Shown in pieces: positions 26,547-32,000 of a stretch of DNA of 32,000 nt (its first letter is position 1; every line of letters starts with the position of its first letter). The notes below the pieces were generated by a model, which was not told where the DNA came from, searched no databases, and was given only the letters and a program-made list of their open reading frames with translations. The position numbers and the translations under genes were made by a program. Source of the DNA: Trichlorobacter lovleyi SZ (GTDB taxonomy: Bacteria; Desulfobacterota; Desulfuromonadia; Geobacterales; Pseudopelobacteraceae); NCBI RefSeq assembly GCF_000020385.1, contig NC_010814.1:90001-122000 (forward strand), written 5' to 3'.

Positions 26547-26972
26547 CTACTTCTGCATCCATGATGCCTTGGTGTCGTGACGCTTGCCATCCTCCAGGGT
26601 GGCCTGAGTCAGGCTGCCAGCCTCGGCCTGGATGCAGATGAAGTACAGGTCTTCATCGCCGGCCTTCCAGCCCCGCTCCCCCTCCGGTGCCACCCGGACC
26701 AGGCTGCCTTCCTGAATCGGAAATTCATCGCCATCCACGTAAAACATACCGCTGCCCCGCAGTACGATATACAGCTCTTCGTTCTTTTTGTGGCTGTGGA
26801 TGAACGGCATCGCCTTGCCGGCCGGCAGACGGTTGAGGGAGACCTCGCAGCCGGTCAGGCCCAGTTCCTTGCCGATGAAGTATTTACCGTGAAAGCCCAT
26901 GAAATCCTTGTTCAGCAGTTCTTCAAACGGGCCGATATGGTCTGCGCTGTAGTTTTGTGCCGTGGTTGTCAT
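26547..26972 (-). CDS. cupin domain protein
   Basis: 141 aa. MPFIHSHKKNEELYIVLRGSG...V and a second beta-barrel motif. GGGAG SD. Confidence 0.75.
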   Translation of the reverse strand: MTTTAQNYSADHIGPFEELLNKDFMGFHGKYFIGKELGLTGCEVSLNRLPAGKAMPFIHSHKKNEELYIVLRGSGMFYVDGDEFPIQEGSLVRVAPEGERGWKAGDEDLYFICIQAEAGSLTQATLEDGKRHDTKASWMQK

Positions 26973-27017
26973 CTCATCTCCCTTTCCTTGTGGCTGAAGT
27001 ATAAAATCTGTGGCTTG

Positions 27018-27875
27018 TCACTGCAGTGCAACCGGCACCCGTGCCTCACACGGGATCTTGACCTGGCACAGGCCGCAGGGTGTCGCCCCGGTGCCGTAGG
27101 TTGCGGTTGCATAGGGGGTGGTTGTTTCACGGATGTAGGTGAAACAGGCCTGTTTATCATGTCCGTTGGCTGTGGTGATGGCATCAACCGGACAGCGTTT
27201 GGCGCAGGCGCCGCAGCTGCCTTTGGCATACCAGAGGCACCAGGCATGATGGTCATCGCCGTACACCCGTGGGGTGACCGGCAGGTTGATGCGCGACACC
27301 ACCGAGCCAAAGCGAACCGCCTTGCCCCAGCGGGTGATCAGGGCATCAGAGAGGCCAAAGGTGCCGTGTCCGGCAACAAAGGCCACATGCCGTTCTGACC
27401 AGTTGGAAGCCAGACCAAAGCGTTCCGACTGGCGGTAGGCAAAGCCGGGTAGCCGCTCCGGCGCCACAGCAGGATAGCCAAGCTGGGTGAGTGTTGCTGC
27501 CAGGTGCAGACGCAGTTCGCAGTTGAACTCTTCTCCATGAAAACGTGAGCGGGCCCAGCGTTCAGCCGGCACCGTGGTTTCCTGACACTGGTCAGCACGG
27601 GTCTCCGGTGTCTGCGGCAGGAGATAGCTGATTACCCGCAGCTCTTCGGCAGCTGCCGGCGCTTTAGGGAATGCCTGGGCATAGGCCTCTTGCGGGGTCC
27701 AGAGGAAAGGACCGATCAGCTCTTTGATGCGCAGAAACAGGGGATCGTCTCCCCGCGCTATGGCCAGCTGTGGCTCTAGCCAGGCCTTTTCTCCGGTTGC
27801 AAGATGCAGGCTGTTGCTGGGGTGCGATGCCCAGAAGCTGCGAATGATGTTTTCGATCTGCATGACAGCATCCAT
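27018..27875 (-). CDS. 4Fe-4S protein of the QueG/reductive-dehalogenase superfamily (short form)
   Basis: SERHVAFVAGHGTFGLSDALIT resembles the QueG core. Cys clusters CGACAKRCP and CGLCQVKIPC. At 285 aa it is shorter than canonical QueG. Confidence 0.6.
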   Translation of the reverse strand: MDAVMQIENIIRSFWASHPSNSLHLATGEKAWLEPQLAIARGDDPLFLRIKELIGPFLWTPQEAYAQAFPKAPAAAEELRVISYLLPQTPETRADQCQETTVPAERWARSRFHGEEFNCELRLHLAATLTQLGYPAVAPERLPGFAYRQSERFGLASNWSERHVAFVAGHGTFGLSDALITRWGKAVRFGSVVSRINLPVTPRVYGDDHHAWCLWYAKGSCGACAKRCPVDAITTANGHDKQACFTYIRETTTPYATATYGTGATPCGLCQVKIPCEARVPVALQ

Positions 27876-27886
27876 AGATTCCTCTC

Positions 27887-28011
27887 ATTCCGATTCCATT
27901 TCAAGGCGCAATCTTCGTTGGCTCGTCTCCGGCTCCTCGATGTACTGCGTGTACACCTGCGTCGCCGGATTCCTCGTCGCCTTGCTATCATCCTTGAACT
28001 GGAATCGGAAT
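27887..28011. repeat. intergenic imperfect-palindrome repeat, copy B (short form)
   Basis: Ends ATTCCGATTCCATTTCAAGG (27887-27906) and CCTTGAACTGGAATCGGAAT (27992-28011) are inverted, 19/20. It shares TTTCAAGGCGC and an identical 20-mer GGCTCCTCGATGTACTGCGT with copy C. Confidence 0.8.
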
Positions 28012-28037
28012 CACCACCTGGCTGACCAAACGAAAGG

Positions 28038-28592
28038 TTACCATGTTCCGTAATGCACAAACTCGCTGAGCGGCTTGCGGGGCGGGCCGCCCTTGGCCTC
28101 ACCGGCCGGGTAGCCCAGGGGAAACAGACCCACAATCCGGATATGGGCCGGAATACCCAGCAGGCCTTTGAGCTGCTCCTCATCAAACACACCGACAAAG
28201 ACCGTGCCCAGCCCCAGGTCATGGGCAGCCAGCATCAGGTTCTGGGAGGCAATGCCCAGATCAGCCATGTAGTACTGCTCGCCGCGCAGGTCGCCGGACT
28301 GTTGCGGGTCGGCACAGGCCACCAGCACGATCGGCGCCTGGGCCAGCCCTTTCTGGGCCGGGTTGCTCTTGTAGCCGTAGGTGGCAAAGAACGATTCCAC
28401 AAACGACAGCTCGCTGATCCTGTTGCGCAGATCCTGATCCTGCACCACCACCAGGCTCCAGCACTGCCTGTTTGACCAGGAGGGGGCCTGCTGTACCGCC
28501 TCCAGCACGGCCTGCAGTTTTTCCGGCTCAACCGGCTGATCGGAAAACTTGCGGATACTTCTGCGGGTCTTGATCGCTTCCAATGTTTCCAC
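28038..28592 (-). CDS. nitroreductase family protein
   Basis: [17 protein letters not shown]-terminal signature; 184 aa. Confidence 0.9.
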   Translation of the reverse strand: METLEAIKTRRSIRKFSDQPVEPEKLQAVLEAVQQAPSWSNRQCWSLVVVQDQDLRNRISELSFVESFFATYGYKSNPAQKGLAQAPIVLVACADPQQSGDLRGEQYYMADLGIASQNLMLAAHDLGLGTVFVGVFDEEQLKGLLGIPAHIRIVGLFPLGYPAGEAKGGPPRKPLSEFVHYGTW

Positions 28593-28640
28593 CTGATTTT
28601 CCTCCTTGCAGCAGATCTGAAAAAGACGAACAGCGGGTCG

Positions 28641-29087
28641 CTATAGTAAAAGCCTTAACGGCACCATTTCCGAAAGCGCAAACCCATGGCGCTCATAAAA
28701 ACGGATGGCGCCGCTGTTGGTCCGGTCGGTGAGCAGGGTGATACGCAGACAGCCCTGCTGCCTCGCAAATGCAATCGCACCGTCAAGTAGGCGGGAGCCG
28801 CCACCGCCGCCACGGTAACCGGGGTCAATAATCATATCCTCCAGAATCGCTACCCGGTCGCCCAGGGCCGTGCTGACGGTATAGAGCAGGTTGACCATGC
28901 CGACGATGGCAGAATCTTCCCGCAGCACCAGTATATGACCCAGTGCGGGATTCTCGATGATCTGGCGAAGGCCCGCGGACTGCCTGGAAAGATCGGGCCG
29001 GAAGTCGGCTTCCTGGGTAAAAAGAATCGCCAGCAGTTCATTCAAGCGGGGGATATCTGCCGCGGTTGCCAGTGCAATACTTGACAT
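28641..29087 (-). CDS. GNAT family N-acetyltransferase
   Basis: Acetyl-CoA motif region YRGGGGGSRLLDGAIAFARQQG and AIRFYERHGF. Confidence 0.85.
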   Translation of the reverse strand: MSSIALATAADIPRLNELLAILFTQEADFRPDLSRQSAGLRQIIENPALGHILVLREDSAIVGMVNLLYTVSTALGDRVAILEDMIIDPGYRGGGGGSRLLDGAIAFARQQGCLRITLLTDRTNSGAIRFYERHGFALSEMVPLRLLL

Positions 29088-29149
29088 AGCGCTCCTTTCG
29101 AGGGTGCCTTGTATGCAGCAGCCCTGTTCAAGGCCGCAACGGTCACCTG

Positions 29150-29722
29150 TCAGGCCATCAGGTGCCGTGCTGCCTCAGCCGCCTGCTGCAGGGCTGTTTC
29201 CGGTGCTTTGTCATTGCCGTTGGCCGGACCGATACCACAGGCCCGGATCAGTCTGGTCTCCGTAAAGCCCATCCACTTCAGGAAAAAATCGTAGCGTGGG
29301 AAGATATCCGCAAACATGGCCTCTTCAGGCTGGCCCTGGGTCAGGATGAAGACCAGCTTTTTGGAAGAAAGACGGCTGGGTTGCGGATTGGTCAGGTAGT
29401 CCGGCACCAGATAGGAATAGCTGCGGTCAATGAAACCTTTCAGCTGGGCGGTGATGTCGCCGTAATAGACCGGCGTGGCCAGCACCACGGCATCTGCAGC
29501 CTGTACTGCGGCCAGAACTTCTGTCAGGTCATCGTTCAGCACACAGTCTTCCCTTCCTTGCTTGCAGGCATAGCAGGCCTGACAGCCGCGATAGGCCAGA
29601 CGGTTCAGTTCAAAGGTCTGGGTTTCGGCACCCAGTCCGGCAGCGGTCTGCAGCAGGTGCCTGGCAATGGTGGCGCTGTTACCGGTGCTTCTGGGGCTCC
29701 CCAGCAGGCTGACAATCTTCAT
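29150..29722 (-). CDS. flavodoxin-like NAD(P)H-dependent FMN reductase (iron-sulfur flavoprotein-like)
   Basis: MKIVSLLGSPRSTGNS, a Cys-rich CQACYAC segment, and ATPVYYGDITAQLKGFIDR. The start overlaps the upstream stop (ATGA). Confidence 0.8.
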   Translation of the reverse strand: MKIVSLLGSPRSTGNSATIARHLLQTAAGLGAETQTFELNRLAYRGCQACYACKQGREDCVLNDDLTEVLAAVQAADAVVLATPVYYGDITAQLKGFIDRSYSYLVPDYLTNPQPSRLSSKKLVFILTQGQPEEAMFADIFPRYDFFLKWMGFTETRLIRACGIGPANGNDKAPETALQQAAEAARHLMA

Positions 29723-30303
29723 GGTGATTCCTCCGTTGTGATGGTTTTACCGATCTCCCAGGCCGTGCCAAGGTACTCCCCCAGCCCGAAGTAGCGGCGG
29801 TGGGCCGCATCCCAGATGAACGGCTTGACCTTGGTGATGTCCGGGTACCCCTTGGCGCCCAGTACGGTTTCGTCGGCCTTGATATCCACGATCTCCCCCA
29901 CAAACTGGGTGTGCAGGCCGATCTCCAGGGTGTGCAGCAGGCGGCATTCGATCACCAGCGGCGCCTCACTCACGTAGGGGGCATCCACCAGCTCGCTCTT
30001 GACCGGGGTCCAGTTGCAGGCGCCGAATTTGTCCGTATCACGGCCCGAGGCGATTCCGCAGAAGTCCGCCTCTGCCACCTGTTCTGCCGAAGGGATGCTG
30101 ACCGTAAAGGCCTTGCGGGCCTCAATGGCTGCGTAGCTGTGGGTGGCCTTGCGCAGGGAGACCGTCACGCAGGGCGGGGTAGAGCAGCAGATGCCGCCCC
30201 AGGCGATGGTCATGATGTTGGGTTTGTTGTCGGCATCATAGCTGCCCACCAGCCAGACCGGGGTCGGCATGGCCAGGGTCTTTGCTCCCACTGACTGTTT
30301 CAT
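29719..30303 (-). CDS. flavin reductase-like (FMN-binding split barrel) protein
   Basis: 194 aa. PNIMTIAWGGICCSTPPCVTVSLR is typical of the flavoredoxin/flavin reductase domain. GGAGGAA SD. Confidence 0.8.
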   Translation of the reverse strand: MKQSVGAKTLAMPTPVWLVGSYDADNKPNIMTIAWGGICCSTPPCVTVSLRKATHSYAAIEARKAFTVSIPSAEQVAEADFCGIASGRDTDKFGACNWTPVKSELVDAPYVSEAPLVIECRLLHTLEIGLHTQFVGEIVDIKADETVLGAKGYPDITKVKPFIWDAAHRRYFGLGEYLGTAWEIGKTITTEESP

Positions 30304-30331
30304 GGTGTTCCTCCTTGATTATTGAGGCCGC

Positions 30332-30509
30332 TTCCGTTTCAAGGCGCTCTCGTCGTCGGCTCCTCGATGTACTGCGTAGTTCGAAAACTATTGCGGTGAC
30401 TGTCTACTGCGTTGCGCGGTGCTCACATCCTCGTCTAACAGGTAGTTATGCCTCGGATGCTGCGCTCCGGGCGCCTTGTATTCAGTCATCCTCATGACGT
30501 TTTCGTGAC
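30332..30509. repeat. intergenic imperfect-palindrome repeat, copy C (composite long form)
   Basis: The 5' part (30332-30377) matches copy B and the 3' part (30379-30509) matches copy A over about 130 nt. Internal CAAGGCGC / GCGCCTTG pairing. Confidence 0.8.
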
Positions 30510-30516
30510 GCACCTC

Positions 30517-30543
30517 GCAAACTAGACCGGTCGTCTAGTTTGC
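30517..30543. promoter_or_regulatory. operator-like palindrome between tetR and the downstream redox genes
   Basis: GCAAACTAGAC-CGGTC-GTCTAGTTTGC has perfect 11-bp arms. Its core AACTAGACCG..GTCTAG resembles the palindrome upstream of tetR. Confidence 0.55.
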
Positions 30544-30554
30544 GGCTAAATTTT

Positions 30555-31136
30555 TTAACGCAGGGTCACGTTAAAAAGCACCTCGATAAAATCCTGCAGC
30601 GGTTGCGGCGACTTCATGACCTTGGCCCGCAGGATCGCCCCTTCCCAGCCGGACAGGATAAAGGAGGCCATTGCATCGGCATCAAGACGGCTGTCCAACT
30701 CTTTAGCAGCCTGGGCTTCCCGCAGACAGTCGCCAAACAGCGCGCGCCAGTCGTCGAATATCTCATCCAGCCGGGCGCGAAAGCGTTCATTCTGATCGGC
30801 CATCTCCTGTCCCAGGTTGCCGATCAGGCAGCCCTTGCTGCACTGGTTGTTGCTGAAGCGCTGCAGCGAGCCTTCCAGCAAGGTGCGGATACGGCTTAGA
30901 GGGGATAGCTCTGTGTCCTGCAGCAGGGCGGTCATGCGCCGGCTGTAGTAGTCGGCAAAGACGTCCATGACGGCCAGACCGAACTCTTCCTTGCTCTTGA
31001 AGTAGTGGTAGAACGAGCCCTTGGGTACTCCGGCCTCTTTCAGCACCATCTCAATGCCGGTGGCGTTATAGCCCTGGCGGGAGATCAGCTCGGTACCGAT
31101 TTTGATGATGTCGCTGCGGGTGTCTTTCTTTTCCAT
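30555..31136 (-). CDS. TetR/AcrR family transcriptional regulator
   Basis: N-terminal HTH GYNATGIEMVLKEAGVPKGSFYHYFKSKEE; 193 aa. Confidence 0.9.
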   Translation of the reverse strand: MEKKDTRSDIIKIGTELISRQGYNATGIEMVLKEAGVPKGSFYHYFKSKEEFGLAVMDVFADYYSRRMTALLQDTELSPLSRIRTLLEGSLQRFSNNQCSKGCLIGNLGQEMADQNERFRARLDEIFDDWRALFGDCLREAQAAKELDSRLDADAMASFILSGWEGAILRAKVMKSPQPLQDFIEVLFNVTLR

Positions 31137-31147
31137 GGGGGGATAAC

Positions 31148-31163
31148 TAGACCGATCGGTCTA
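31148..31163. promoter_or_regulatory. perfect 16-bp palindrome, probable TetR autoregulatory operator
   Basis: TAGACCGATCGGTCTA lies 12-27 nt upstream of the tetR ATG and overlaps a TATAGA -10-like hexamer on the minus strand. Confidence 0.6.
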
Positions 31164-31255
31164 TAAAGTCAAGCGGTTTTTGGACAACCAATCCTCACAA
31201 GCACCTGTTGACCGGTCGCGAATGTGATAGTAAGGGCCTTTGCGCCAATCGGAGT

Positions 31256-31975
31256 TCAGCGCAGCAGGCTGACCAGCAGCGGCAGCAGCAGTGCCGTAAG
31301 CAGGCCGTTCAGGGCCATTGCCAGTGCCGAAAAGGCGCCGGTCACCCGGCTCTTGTGCATGGCATGGGCGGTGCCGATCCCGTGGGAGGCGATCCCGAAG
31401 GCCATGCCGCGGGCTGTTTCGTCATGCACCTTCATCCGGTTGAGCACCAGATCGCCAATCACAACGCCGGTGATGCCGGTCAGTACCACCGCAACCGCGG
31501 TCAGGGCGGGCAGGCCGCCGATCTGTTCAGAGATCCCCATGGCAATCGGGGTGGTGACCGACTTGGGGGAGAGGGTTAACAGCAGTATCCGCTCACCCCC
31601 CAGCAGCCGGGCGATCCCGACTGCGCTGAGTATGGCGGCCAGCGAACCGGCAAACAGGGCGACGATGATCGGCATAAATGATTTGCGGATTACGGCAATC
31701 TCACGGTAGAGCGGAATTGCCAGGGCGACCGTGGCCGGGCCCAGCAGAAAATGGATGAACTGGGCTCCGCGAAAATAGGTCTGGTAGTCGGTAGCGCTGA
31801 GCTTCAGCAATAGGACCAATACCAGGACTGCGGTCAGCACCGGGTTGAGAAGCTGGCTGCAGCCGCAGCGCTGGAAACACCAGACCCCCAGCTGATAGGC
31901 CAGCAGGGTTACGGTCAGCCATAACAGCGGGCTGGTGGACAGGTAGCACCAGAGCTGGCTCATGTCGCTGTTCAT
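31256..31975 (-). CDS. lrgB: LrgB/CidB family membrane protein
   Basis: 239 aa polytopic membrane protein with LrgB-like blocks (PKSVTTPIAMGISEQIGG, GIASHGIGTA). Confidence 0.85.
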   Translation of the reverse strand: MNSDMSQLWCYLSTSPLLWLTVTLLAYQLGVWCFQRCGCSQLLNPVLTAVLVLVLLLKLSATDYQTYFRGAQFIHFLLGPATVALAIPLYREIAVIRKSFMPIIVALFAGSLAAILSAVGIARLLGGERILLLTLSPKSVTTPIAMGISEQIGGLPALTAVAVVLTGITGVVIGDLVLNRMKVHDETARGMAFGIASHGIGTAHAMHKSRVTGAFSALAMALNGLLTALLLPLLVSLLR

Positions 31976-32000
31976 GGCTGCACCTCCTGATGATCCGGCG
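31972..32000 (-). CDS. 3' end of an upstream gene (LrgA/CidA-like expected), truncated by the window edge
   Basis: The open minus-strand frame ends with a TGA overlapping the lrgB ATG (ATGA), the usual lrgAB arrangement. Only 9 codons are visible, so identity is inferred from context. Confidence 0.3.

Overview
GC-rich (about 60% by eye) chromosomal segment, gene-dense and mostly minus-strand. It looks deltaproteobacterial or Geobacter-like; this is an inference from composition, gene content and apparent selenocysteine use, not a search result. All family calls come from motifs I recognise in the translations; no homology search was run. Content in order: (1) an AT-rich orphan gene next to a class II Fic AMPylase, whose promoter is bracketed by four direct TTGGCCGAT boxes. 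(2) Housekeeping or accessory genes: secreted protein, MFS transporter, aldo-keto reductase, AmpH-like serine hydrolase, and a DUF2975 plus YozG-type HTH pair. (3) An oxidative-stress operon wrbA / DPS-like ferritin / thioredoxin-fold gene / pirin. The thioredoxin-fold gene is split in the ORF track by an in-frame TGA that sits at the first Cys of the CxxC motif (giving UxxC) and is followed by a SECIS-like hairpin, so it is probably a selenoprotein. (4) An Old Yellow Enzyme gene and a PAS hybrid histidine kinase. (5) The conserved but functionally unresolved radical-SAM (TIGR03916-like) plus TIGR03915-like DNA modification/repair pair. (6) A secreted cluster containing a bacterial thaumatin-like protein. 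(7) sugE/gdx and a SAM methyltransferase. (8) A disturbed accessory patch: a 5'-truncated gene remnant, a membrane-anchored Mrr-type nuclease with an aberrant tail, a complete 1338-bp IS with 7-bp target duplication, and an unexplained AT-rich non-coding stretch with 11-bp tandem repeats. (9) A TetR-headed minus-strand detox/redox cluster: flavin reductase, FMN reductase, GNAT, nitroreductase, QueG/RdhA-like Fe-S protein, cupin, class D beta-lactamase, NTF2-like protein and a small exporter, with two related operator palindromes. (10) lrgB and the end of an lrgA-like gene. Three copies of a 125-180-bp imperfect-palindromic intergenic repeat family occur in the right half. I saw no rRNA, tRNA or CRISPR array. 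The many long ORFs antisense to real genes are GC-driven shadow ORFs.
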